A stretch of 64,000 nt of DNA, taken from Octopus sinensis (lineage: Eukaryota). Shown here in pieces: positions 1-11,752 of this stretch (its first letter is position 1; each line of letters opens with the position of its first letter). The stretch lies in contig NC_043000.1 in assembly GCF_006345805.1 (NCBI RefSeq), positions 4,526,001 to 4,590,000 on the forward strand, given 5' to 3'. A model generated the notes under the pieces. It saw nothing but the letters and a program-made list of their open reading frames with translations. It had not been told where the DNA came from and ran no database searches. A program made the translations under genes and the position numbers.

Positions 1-98
1 TGCTAAGTTACACGGACGTAAACACACCACCATCGGTTGTCAAGCGATGTTGGTGGGGACAAACACAGACACACAAACACACACACATACACATGCAT

Positions 99-141
<43 letters not shown>

Positions 142-312
142 CATATATACGACAGGCTTCTTTCAGCTTCCGTCTACCAAATCCACTCAAAAGGCTTTGG
201 TCGGCCCAAGGCTATAGTAGAAGACACTTGCCCAAGGTGTCATGCAGTGGGACTGAACCCGGAACCATGTGGTTCGTAAGCAAGCTACTTACCACACAGC
301 CATTCCTACGCC
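1..312 (-). mobile_element. SINE family A (tRNA-derived head, internal (TA)n/(CA)n microsatellite, CR1-like tail), truncated by window start
   Basis: Matches the many in-window copies of ggcgcaggagtggctgtgtggtaagtagcttgcttaccaaccacatggttccgggttcagtcccactg (A/B-box-like head). Confidence 0.85.
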
Positions 313-384
313 TATATAAACATTGTTTATTTTTTATTTTATAGTTTTAATAATGAATAATAAAAAAAATTACAATTAAAACCA

Positions 385-1790
385 TTTTACTCTACCTGTG
401 GAAAATAGTCTGAGTGCAAGGGCAATGGCAAGAAAACTTAATCCTATGAAAAACCCAGGAACTGTCAACAAATGGGTGGCACAAAACTAATTCAAATGTT
501 TCAAGGAAGGTAACACCAGCCTTGAAAACAAACCAAGCTGAGGGAAACCTTTCATTTTAGAAGATGAAGCTTTGCTAGATATGGTTGACCAACAGCCAAG
601 CACAAACGCTCAAACATTGTCAGCAGAACTTGGCGCTTCACAAAGTACCATCAATCAACACCTCCATATGCTTGACCTTGTGGGCAGATGCTGTCAAAAA
701 TCTCTTCTTGAACTGACCAATGACCTGGCCCAATGATATATGAACATTTGCAAACAGGCTGACAAATCCTTGAGATGACTGTTTTTTGGCATCGAATTAT
801 AACATGAAAAATGAATTTATTTTTGTAATCCGAATAAGAGAAATCAGTGGCATCATTGCAACCAAGCTTCAGAACAAGGGCAGTTTGAACAGGACGTTAT
901 GTTGTGTCTTTGATGGAATTGTACTTTGAGCTTGTCCCAAACAGTTATACTGTGAAGAATAAACTTTATGTTTAACAATAGCAGTGAGTTTATGATACTT
1001 TGAAAGCCTGCTATCTAGAACTGGTCAATCAAAGACTGACCCAACACACACTACCAATATGATCAAGTACAAACTGGAGTTACTTGAGAGGGCGGAAATG
1101 TCACATCACTCTGCTTAATCTCTTTACTTGTTTTAGTCATTTGACTGAAGCCATGCTGGAGCATCGCCTTTAGTTGAGCAAATTGACCCCAGGACTTATT
1201 CTTTGTATGCCTAGTACTTATTCTATCGGTCTCTTTTGCCGAACTACTACGTTACAGGGACGTAAACCCACCAGCATTGGTTGTCAAGCAATGTTAGAGG
1301 GACAAACACAGACACACAAACACACACATGCATACATATATATATATATATATACAACAGGTTCTTTCAGTTTCCATCTACCAAATCCACTCACAAGGCC
1401 TTGGCCAGCCCAAGGCTATAGTAGAAGATGCCCAAAATGCCACGCTGTAGGAGTGAACCCGAAACCATGGGGTTGGTAAGCCAGCTGCTTACCACACAGC
1501 TACTTCTGCGCCTACTGTCCTACTGTCTAGATTTTGCACCATCAGACTACTATATTTTCTGAGTCATGGCTCATCTCCTGTATGGACGGAGGTTCAACAA
1601 TGTGGATGAGGTTGAAAATAGTTGCAGGGAGATTTTTGCCTCTAAACCAGCCAAATGGTTTAAGCATGGAATTAAGCTTCCGGCACAATGATAGCAACAG
1701 ACAATAGAATATGATTGTGATATATTTTGGGAATAAACGCTTTTCATATGCAAATTGTTTGAATTATTAATTAAAATTTGAGATACAAAA
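385..1790 (+). pseudogene. Degraded Tc1/mariner transposase, split by a SINE A copy
   Basis: Manual translation gives FKCFKEGNTSLENKP, QPSTNAQTLSAELGASQSTINQHLH, and after the SINE YCLDFAPSDYYIF (YSPDLAPSDY motif) and GRRFNNVDEVENSCREIFASKP; many stops and frameshifts. Confidence 0.8.
1118..1514 (-). mobile_element. SINE family A, near full length, inserted in the mariner remnant
   Basis: Head-to-tail match to other copies; interrupts the HPAY/SPDLAP region. Confidence 0.85.
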
Positions 1791-2431
1791 ATAATTTTGA
1801 CTCAATCTGTTATGTCTATAGATATACCAACACAAAGCAGTAAAAGATGCAGACACATATATACATACCTCTGCGATATTTGTCACCCATCACCACCTCA
1901 ATTCCATTCTACTATCACTTACCAATACACTAGCTATCATCCACCTAATATTAACAATGCACACACACATACACATTGACACTCACACACACACACTTTC
2001 ACATTCACATACACATTCACACACATACATTCTTCATTCTTTGTCTATTTTTGTGGTACACAATAAAACATATCTTCTATTCATCATCAAAATATATATC
2101 AACCAACAATTCCTTGATTGTTCAGTTGCCAAACCAGACCATTAATATTTTAAGATGTAATAATCCACCTTAATTCCTTGGACAGCAACACAAATGATTC
2201 TTCATCTCACACTTGTTCCACACCCACGTATCTCACTTTTACGCTTAACATCACCATTCTCGTAATTTTTTCACCATCATCTCTTAGAACCACCATTATC
2301 ATTAAATTTTACTTACATTAGAATAATCTGTAAGATTTGGCACTAAACAATGCCATTACCAAATTTAGATACTTTCTCTAAATTTCTATACTGTAAGACA
2401 TAATTTAGCCAATGTTGTAACAACCCCAGAT

Positions 2432-2470
<39 letters not shown>

Positions 2471-2689
2471 TTCATCACCATCACCATCATCACCACCATC
2501 ATCATCATTACCACCATCATCACAACCACTCTGTTGAAGAGCATAGGCTCAAAATGTAAAAGAGACTTTCTCACTTCCCGAGCATTAAACTAAAACATCT
2601 GTTTGTTGTTTACACACCTGTCTTCATCTTTTGTTGTTTGTAAATTCTCACTGTATATATATATATATATATATAATAATAATAAATAT

Positions 2690-3117
2690 TAGGGAATAAA
2701 TCCAAATTTACAGGGAAAAATCAGATTTAGGATTGAATCCAAATTTATAGTAAAATATTATATAATATTAATTAGAGACAAAACCACTATTTTGCAAATC
2801 AAACAAGGAAAGACTTAATCAATACATAAAAAAATTTTAATATAAAGTAAATAAATCGCCACTACAATTGTTTCCTGTCTTCAAATGACATTCATCAGGT
2901 GGATTTCGTATCTTCTATTCAATTTTAAAGTTATAACTTTAAAATTTTAAAGTTATAACTTTAAAATTGAATAGAAGATACGAAATCCACCTGATGAATG
3001 TCATTTGAAGACAGGAAACAATTGTAGTGGCGATTTATTTACTTTATATTAAAATTTTTTTATGTATTGATTAAGTCTTTCCTTGTTTGATTTGCAAAAT
3101 AGTGATTTTGTCTCTAA

Positions 3118-3130
<13 letters not shown>
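2690..3130. mobile_element. Penelope-like short element with inverted duplication (palindrome 2759-3130)
   Basis: Arms pair about 2944/2945 with one mismatch; (TA)n flanks; carries a hammerhead motif; diverged relative at 34925-35200. Confidence 0.6.
2983..3036 (+). ncRNA. Candidate minimal type-I hammerhead ribozyme (mirror copy at 2853-2906 on - strand)
   Basis: ccac-CTGATGA-a-tgtc-atttgaa-gaca-g-GAAA-c-aatt-g-TA-gtgg: stem I ccac/gtgg, stem II tgtc/gaca, palindromic stem III CAATTG; A.G at the base of stem II is non-canonical. Confidence 0.55.
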
Positions 3131-3148
<18 letters not shown>

Positions 3149-3332
3149 CTGTATACATGCTTTTCATTGATGAAATTCATTTACAAGGCATTGGGTTGGT
3201 TGGCCCAGGGCTATAGCAGAAAAAAACTTGCCCGAGGTACCACACAGTGGGACTGAACCCCAAACCATATGGCTGTAAAGTAAGTTTCCTAACCACACAC
3301 ACACACACACATGTATCCACAGATCTATAGAC

Positions 3333-3510
3333 ATGTACTCATCTAATCCATAGACATAAAAATGATTGAAAGAGTGAATCCCATGATCTTACTTCATAAA
3401 GCTCTGATATAATACTATATATGTGTCATATGACACGTTATCATAAGTTTCTGATGCTGTATCATAAAGTTTTGACACAATATCATTAGCTTCTGATATA
3501 GTATCACACA
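3333..3510 (+). mobile_element. Short interspersed element; inverted copy at about 4255-4770
   Basis: Flanked by the direct repeat atccacagatcta(t/c)agac; reverse-complement match to 4255-4354 plus 4686-4770. Confidence 0.55.
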
Positions 3511-3909
3511 ATCCACAGATCTACAGACCTTTGATGGATCCAATCTTAAAGTTAACTGGAACAACAGTTAATTATATCTCATACCTGATATTATCTTTAA
3601 TACACATAACATCAAGAAGTGACCACCCAGCTTGTGTAACATGCTGATAATAACATCTATGATCAAAGATTATAATTGTGCTGGGTAAAGATTATAAAAT
3701 GACATGGTCTCAAAGATAATAATCTACTGGACACTGATGATGTGTATTTCTTGGTCTTGAAGTAGACAATACAGTGATTCCTATGCAATGCAGTCTAGCA
3801 GACCAGAAAGTAAATTATTGGCAGATAATGAAATTATATCTTTAGCAAAGGTTATTTACAGTAATTGACAGCTCTGCCATTGAAGACAATAATATCATCG
3901 TCATCGTCG

Positions 3910-3940
<31 letters not shown>

Positions 3941-4354
3941 TGTCATCATCATCATCATCCCCACCAGTAGCATTGAAAGTGGTGGCATTCGGCACTATAG
4001 AATATTTCATAGAAGTTAACTAAAGGTAAACAGACAAAGCAGACATAGAAGATGATGTCCAAAGTAATTTATTTGTATTCAGTAAGAGTAAAAGAAAATC
4101 TCTTCGGAGATATTGATAGACATTTATTTGGTAAAGCGAGACAATAAAATTTTTATAGTTTCACTCTACTTTAAAGGGTACTGAAATGTAAAACCTTTAA
4201 CCTGCTCTGCTAATGATGTTGAGATTGCTTATCACTCTGTCTCTATAACAACACAGCATCAGAAACTATATCATGTCATAATCTAATGATACTGTGTCAA
4301 AAGTTTATGATACTGCATTAGAAACTTATGATAATGTGTCATATGACATATAGT

Positions 4355-4673
4355 GTAGAGGCACAATGGCCCAGTGGTTAGGGCAGCAGACTTGCAGTCG
4401 GAGGATCACGGTTTCGATTCCCAGATCGGGCGTTGTGTGTGTTTATTGAGCAAAAACACCTAAAGCTCCACGAGGCTCTGGCAGGGGATGGTGGCGTCCC
4501 CTATTGTATTCTTTCACCCAAACTTTCTCTCACTCTTTCTTCCTGTTTCTTGTGTAACGCTGCAATGGACTGGTGTCCTGTCCAGCTGGGGGGGGGGACA
4601 CATACGCCACAGAAACCAAGAAACTGGGCCCATGAGCCTTTGTTAGGCTTGAAAAGGGCGCAAAGAAAAGAAA
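4355..4673 (+). mobile_element. SINE family D (tRNA-derived head)
   Basis: tggcccagtggttaggg...ggtttcgattccc A/B boxes; 12-bp TSD atgacatatagt at 4343-4354 and 4674-4685. Confidence 0.85.
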
Positions 4674-5604
4674 ATGACATATAGTATTATATCATAGCTT
4701 TATGAAGTAAGATCGTAGGATTCACTTATTCAATCATTTTTATATCTATGGGTTAGATGAGTACATGTTGTTGAAACTTCGCTTTACTGCCAAATACCTT
4801 TCTGTCACTAGCCCTTATCTGTTTTTCAAGTAAGGAGTCCCTTATTCCACATGTCTTCAAAAGTGCAGAGTTAGCAGGTTTAAAGGGAATGGTAACAAAT
4901 TTGACCACTTGAAGGGAAGCTTATCCCTTTTTTCAAATATGTTATAATAAAGATATGATACAGTTACCTAAATGAAGAAAATTATATAAAAGAAAGCAAA
5001 GAAAGTAAATAGGCACAAGCATGGCTTTGTGATAAGAAGTTTACTTCCCAACCACATGGTTTCAGGTTCAGTTCCACTGCGTGGCACGTTGGAGGACGGT
5101 GGCTGAAGACATGGAATGCACCGCATCTGCTGGGGGCTCCCGTAAGATCTACAGCTGAAAAGCAAAGTTGACCTTGCCAGAATTTGAACTCAGAACATAG
5201 AGATGGATGAAATGTCACTAAGCATGTTCAGCATGCTGATTCAGCCAGCTTGCTGTCTCGGTGATGGCTATAATATTATGGTATTTTTCTTTTGCCACCT
5301 GTTTAAATATAGTTTTTAAATATAGTAATATTAAATATGATTTTATTTTAGATTACTGTTTAATTATCTTGTTGATGATATTCCATATTAATTTATTATC
5401 AAATAGGATCATAAGCTAATTATACCATTTATTTCTAGCTGCATGACATTTAAAGAATTACAATCTAAATAACAAGAATATCGGAACCAAAGTAATGAGA
5501 TTTGGGTTTACAAAGATTTCAAGGATAAGTAAATGAAGTTTTAATGATTCATTATATGAAAACAATAGAATTATAGTCAATTGAATTAATTTAATTAATT
5601 TAAG

Positions 5605-5810
5605 ATATGACAGGTATACATTACGTTGACACACCTCCACCATCACCACCAAATAGATGCAAACCAAAATTAATATTGACAAGATCTGAATTCAGAATCA
5701 TCATCGACAACAATGAGGAGGAACAGGGGAGGAGGAAGAGGGTATGACAACGATGACAATGACGATGACATAGCCATGACAAGAATGATGCTCTACTAGG
5801 CATATCACAG
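5605..5810 (+). other. Exon-like island of an unidentified gene
   Basis: AG at 5603-5604; open frame MTGIHYVDTPPPSPPNRCKPKLILTRSEFRIIIDNNEEEQGRRKRV* (5607-5747); CAG|GTATT donor at 5810; no homology recognised. Confidence 0.2.
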
Positions 5811-5844
5811 GTATTTGTTTTTGTTTTGTTTTTTCATTCCTTAA

Positions 5845-6155
5845 CCCTTTCATTACCAACCGAAACTGCCTCTCGCTCTGTAGTACAAATGTCTTGTTTC
5901 TTAAATTTTGAATTAAAACCTTCTACCAAACCTTAGTCACAAACTATGTTCCTAACACTAGCTTAATGATAACTAAATTATTTTACTAAATTCTTTGTTA
6001 TATAATTGAAAGAAATTTGTACTGGTCTTTCTTGCTTGTGAGGTGTCTGACTGAGGCTTCCCTTCATCTTATTTCTTGCACACAGCACACATCTGTTATT
6101 CTCTTATATTGAAAGAAACACAGAGCATCTCAAAATAAATACAGTAATGAAAGGG
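5845..6155 (+). mobile_element. piggyBac-like MITE containing a 92-bp insertion
   Basis: TTAA on both sides; TIR CCCTTT(T)CATTAC/GTAATGAAAGGG; relatives at 21982-22202 and 27070-27241. Confidence 0.75.
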
Positions 6156-6347
6156 TTAAAGGATGAACAGCAAAGTTGATCTCATTGAGATCTGAATGTA
6201 AACCATCGGTCTATCCAGCAAACCCTAATTACTATTGGCTATTACATTACAGTATTTTTTCTTTTTCTACCTATTTTAATATTCTAATTTTTAACAATTA
6301 AAACATTAACCCTTTATCATTTAAACAGGCCATAACCAACTAAAATA

Positions 6348-6620
6348 TTATAATAATAATAATAATAATAATGAAATTATTGTATACAGTTCTCAGGTGC
6401 ACCACAACTTGTCAAAAGTGTGTATAAAGCATATGCAGTAATGTACAAATGTCTGGGAAGTGAACAGTGTATGAGTCAGATAGATGCTTGCGTGTGTATG
6501 GAGGGGAGAATATCAGGTGTAGTGTTGGCGAATCTCAGGAAGCATGGAAGTTTTGAAGGATGCAGTGCTCCGACAAATAATGACTGATGCAGGCAGTTTG
6601 TTCCATGCTTCAGTAATTCT
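6348..6620 (-). mobile_element. CR1 LINE 3' end with (TAA)n tail
   Basis: Encodes ...EAWNKLPASVIICRSTASFKTSMLPEIRQHYT, similar to the copy at 49.5 kb. Confidence 0.75.
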
Positions 6621-7135
6621 TATGTTCAAACTGACCTGGACCAGTCTCTCACACCTACACTGCAATGTCATTCTAAAAATAAACGCTCACATCAAAATCT
6701 CAAAGCTATGAGATAGAATGGTTAATTCAAAATTATGTGAATAAATAAGCATTACATTTGAGAGCAGAGTGATTTGAATGGTAGAGAGTTAAATAAGATT
6801 TTACTTTACATTGCTTCATTCATATTACACATCAATGTATAGTCATTCACATCACACCAATATATATATATTCTCTTTTATTTTTCAATCAGAACAACAC
6901 ATTAGAAGACTTTGCCATTAGTGTATCATATTGTTGGAAACATAGTGCATTAAAGGAGAGTATTTTTAGAAGCAATCTTCCTATGTAAATTAGCATGCTT
7001 ACACATATATATACATAAATACACACATACATACATATGCATACATACATACATACATACATACATACATACATACATGCATGCATACATACATACATAC
7101 ATACATACATACATACATACATACATACATACATA

Positions 7136-7184
<49 letters not shown>

Positions 7185-7199
7185 TATATGTTAATCCAA

Positions 7200-7400
7200 A
7201 CATGAAAACACAAAGAGAAAACAGAATGTGAGGACGTGGAACAAGTATAGTATTATTGGACGCTAAGGAAGAAATAAGGAGGATTTAACATTTTGAGTGG
7301 AGCTCTTCGTCAGAAACATAGGAAAAGGAAAGATCCAAGGAAGGGAAGACGGAGGAAAAAATGGCAACAGTACACACGCAGTCACATTTGAATGTCACAT
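7200..7400 (-). mobile_element. Penelope-like short element with decayed hammerhead motif (7283-7317)
   Basis: - strand gttt-CTGACGA-a-gag-ctcca-ctc-AAAA-tg-tt-aaat, readable as a CpG-decayed GAAACG; (TA)n flank. Confidence 0.45.
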
Positions 7401-7411
7401 TTATCATAAAT

Positions 7412-8525
7412 ATCATCATCATCATTTAGCGTCCGTTTTCCGTTTCCATGCTAGCATGGGTTGGACGGTTCAACTGGGGTCTGGGGAGCCCGAAGGCTGC
7501 ACCAAGCCAGTCAGATCTGGCAGTGTTTCTACAGCTGGATGCCCTTCAACGCCAACCACTCCGATGTGTAGTGGGTGATTTTATGTGCCACCGACACAGG
7601 TGCCAGACGAGGCTGGCGAACGGCCACGCTCGGATGGTGTTTTTATGTGCCACGACACAGGTGCCAGATGAGGCTGGCGGACGGCACGATCGGATGGTGT
7701 TTGTTAGTCCCCAAAGCACGGAGGCCAGTCTATGCGTCTGCTACGGCCACGTTCGGATGATTTTCTTGTGTGCCACCGGACTGGTACCACAAAGATACAA
7801 ATTCATTGATGTTCATCTATTTTGATTTGTTTTGATTTGATTTTCACTTGCCTCACGGTGTTTGTTACGTCCCAAGCACGGAGGCCAGTCTATGCGGTAC
7901 TGGCTACGGCCACGTTCGGATGATTTTCTTGTGTGCCACCGGCACTGGTACCACAAAGATACAAATTCCATTGATGTTCATCTATTTTGATTTGTTTTGA
8001 TTTGATTTTCACTTGCCTCAACAGGTCTTCACAAGTGTCACAAGAAGGAAGGTATGCAAGGTGGACTGACTACGTCCAGGTAGGGCCATGGGTTATGGCC
8101 TGACTAGTCTTGCCGGGTCTTCGGATGGTGTTTTTATGTGCCACCGACACAGGACCAGATGAGGCTGGCGAACGGCCACGATCGATGGTGTTTTGTTACG
8201 TGCCACAGCACGGAGGCCAGTCGATGCGGTACTGGCTAACGGCCACGTTCGGATGGTTTTTTTGTGTGCCACCGGCACTGGTACCAACAAGATACAATTC
8301 CATTGATGTTCATCCATTTTGATTGATTTGATTTGATTTTCACTTGCCTCAACAGGTCTTACAGTCTTCACAAGTGTCACAGGAAGGAAGGAAGGTATGC
8401 ACAGGGGACTGACTACGTCCCAATTAGGGGCCATGGGTTATGGCCTGACTAGTCTTGCCGGGTCTTCGGTTGGTGTTTTTTATTGTGCCACCGACACAGG
8501 TGCCAGTGACGACACAGGTGCCAGA
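7412..8525 (-). mobile_element. SINE family B (RTE-type tail) with internal tandem duplications
   Basis: (CAT)n tail and gtttctacagctggatgcccttc...acgccaacc; ~50-bp modules; ~346-bp duplicated block (gggtcttcgg at about 8115 and 8461). Confidence 0.75.
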
Positions 8526-8579
8526 ATATATATATATATATATATAATATATATATATGTTTATTTTTTTATTTTTTTA

Positions 8580-8864
8580 TTTCGTGACCGACCAGACCAT
8601 CAGATGTTGCTACACATCGGTGGTCACAATGCATTTGCATTGCTTTAGCCTTCGAACGACGCCACCTTGCTGGCTAAGCAAGCAGGTCAACAGAAGAAAG
8701 AGTGGTGAAAGAGTACAGCAGGGATCACCACCTCCTGCCGGAGCCTTGTGAGCCTTTAGGTATTTTCGCTCAATAAACACACACAACGCCTGGTCTGGGA
8801 ATCGAAACCGCGATCCTTCAACCGCGAGTTCGCTGCCCTAACCACTGGGCCATTGCGCCGCCTC

Positions 8865-8865
<1 letters not shown>
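8580..8865 (-). mobile_element. SINE family D subfamily with a different tail
   Basis: Head ggcgcaatggcccagtggttagggcagcg...ggtttcgattccc matches the 4355 copy. Confidence 0.8.
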
Positions 8866-8952
<87 letters not shown>

Positions 8953-8981
8953 TAGATATTATATATATATAAAAAACATTA

Positions 8982-9151
8982 TATAAAAAACATAGACTGG
9001 TCTACTTTTTAGAGTGTGCTCCTCCGGATTTATGTTTTCTAAAATTGATACATACATACTCACACACACACAATATATATATACATATATATATATATAT
9101 AATATATATATATATATAATATATATTAGAACGGACGCTAAATGATGATGA

Positions 9152-9204
<53 letters not shown>

Positions 9205-9377
9205 TATATATATCATCATCATCATTTAGTGTCCGTTCTCCATATATTATATATATATATATGTATATGTATATGTATATATATATGTATGTGTGTGAGT
9301 ATGTATGTATCAATTTTAGAAAACATAAATCCGGAGGAGCACACTCTAAAAAGTAGAGCAGTCTATGTTTTTTTATA
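8982..9377. repeat. ~400-bp imperfect palindrome centred on (TA)n
   Basis: Outer arms 8982-9066 and 9291-9377 and inner arms 9128-9155 and 9211-9239 are reverse complements. Confidence 0.85.
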
Positions 9378-9537
9378 GGGGGAAGGCCAGTTTATGGGGT
9401 TACCCTGGGTTTCCCGTCCATAAAGTGTTTAACTTTATGGTGTATTATCAGGACCCAAGACCTGTTGGCCTAAGACCTTTTTAAAATATCTTTATGGACA
9501 AGAAACCGAAGGTAACCTCATAAAATGGCCTCCCCCC
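9378..9537. mobile_element. Small MITE
   Basis: ~27-bp TIR gggggaaggccagtttatggggttacc / ggtaacctcataaaatggcctccccc. Confidence 0.6.
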
Positions 9538-10800
9538 AGTAAAATATATATACGTAGATATGTGAATGTGTGTTTGTGTGTGTGTGTGTGTTTGTGTGTG
9601 TGTGTTGTGTGTGTGTGTGTGTGTGTATGTGTGTGTAGGTATGTTGAGGCAAACAGAAAAAAATTGAACTCAAAATATTAGTTTATGTATATTTTTATTA
9701 ATAATTAGCAGAAGTAACAGAGTGACTCAATGCATGAAACTCCAGGACCTTGAGTCACTCTGTTATTTTTGCTAAATATTAATAAAAATAAACATACATA
9801 TATATATATATATGTGAAATGGCCCGTAGATGAACTCTAAATTTTTAAATTTCTGTGTTATTCTTCGGATGTTTTTAATACGCCCTTTTAATATTTCATT
9901 GTCCCAAATTTTTAATTATACCAATATTTTATAACTTTTAAAATGTAAATTCAATGTGTTTTGTGTATAACACCGACTTATCTTATGCTGATAATCACAT
10001 CTATGGTCAAAGATTATAATTGTGCTGGGTAAAGATTATGAAATGACATTTATATATATTTTTATATCTTTATATCTGGAATTTATACATCCGGTTTGTA
10101 AATGTGGAAGAATATATGAATATATGTATATATTTGGTCTTGGAGTTTTGATCTAAATTATGTTCCCCTAGTTTCTGCTTACATTGCATCCATTCAAATT
10201 AAGAAATGAAATATAGCTCACTTGGAGCACTACAACTCCAGTCTGTATTTTTTGCGAGATTTGTTAACACTAGCAATCTCAAAATAAAGCTGTGTATTTT
10301 ATATATATGTGTGTATATATATATATATTCCAGAATTGCTTTTGTCTACTGAGTGACTTAATCTGAGTCTGCTGTGTATTGAAACCAACTCAACTACAAT
10401 ATGTTAAAGGAATTTAACAGCTTTGTATGTTATTAAATGGCTCCTCCACAATGTAGTTGCTGTATATTTATATGTATATATACATACAGACAGTTGTCTG
10501 CATATGTGTGTATACAAATACATATATGCATTTATGCATACTTAAATATATACATACATATATGTATACATACATTCATACCTACCTATGTGCATACATA
10601 TACAATAATACATACATACAAGCATACAAAGCTATGTACATACCTACCTGCATACATGTATACATATATAGATTTGTTACAAACCTATTTTCTACCTACA
10701 TAATACATGCATACATTCAGACATATACGCATACATACATATATACACACATACATACATGCATGCATACATGCACACATACACACATATGCACACACAC

Positions 10801-10832
<32 letters not shown>

Positions 10833-11360
10833 GCACATACACACACACACATATAAGTTCCATCTCATGGTTGTCCTTCATTTGTTATTCTCTAAACAGA
10901 ACAGATTTGATTTTCTTCAAGTTGAACTGCTGAAGTGTAATCAAGCCGGACACTTCCATCTCCAATCCATCTTCCCCATCTCACTTAATGGAATGAAGAT
11001 GACGACAAAGGCGTTCTAATTAAATCAATAAAAAAAATAATCAATGATCATTTTACTTTGTGTTTGTCGCTTTTGTTTTGTTTTAATTTTTTTTAACTTC
11101 ATTTAGAAAATTGAATTGTTTTCCCTGAGATATTGTCTCTCATGTTTTTGCCAAAACTGAGATAACCCTTGAGGTCGGGTCAAAGGTGAAACAAAGGACA
11201 CGAAACAAAATTGGGAAAAAAAAAAAAAGAAAGAAGTAACAATGTGAAATCTGTCTCTGTTTCATATGTCGTCTTATTATCATGTTTTCAACACTTTTAT
11301 ATGAGTTGCACCTGCAGATGCACCCCTGCACACCTGAAGTGTTTGTGTGTGTTTGTGCAT

Positions 11361-11752
11361 AGGCATAGGAGTGGCTGTGTGGTAAGGAGCTTGTTTACCA
11401 GCCACATGGTTCCGGGTTCAGTCCCACTGTGTGACACCTTGGGCAAGTGTCTTCTACTATTGCCTCGGGTCGACCAAAGCCTTGTGAGTGGATTTGGTAG
11501 ATGGAAACTGAAAGAAGCCCGTCATATATATGTATATATATATGTGTGTGTGTGTGTGTTTGTGTGTCTGTGTTTGTTCCCCCAGCATTGCTTGACAACC
11601 GATGCAGGTGCGTTTACGTTCCCGTAACTTAGCAGTTCGGCAAAAGAGATCCAATAGAATAAGTACTAGGCTTACAAAGATTTGCTCGACTAAAGGCGGT
11701 GCTCCAGCATGACCACAGTCAAATTACTGAAACAAGTAAAAGAGTAAAAGAG
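11361..11752 (+). mobile_element. SINE family A, full length
   Basis: Head, internal (TA)n(TG)n, tail cagtcaaat(t)actgaaacaagtaaaagagtaaaagag. Confidence 0.85.

Noticed and set aside
10860-11030. Exon-like island: + frame ending KAF* then AATAAA, or - frame with an in-frame TGA suggesting selenocysteine
   Set aside because: Strand is ambiguous, with no recognisable homology and no SECIS identified.
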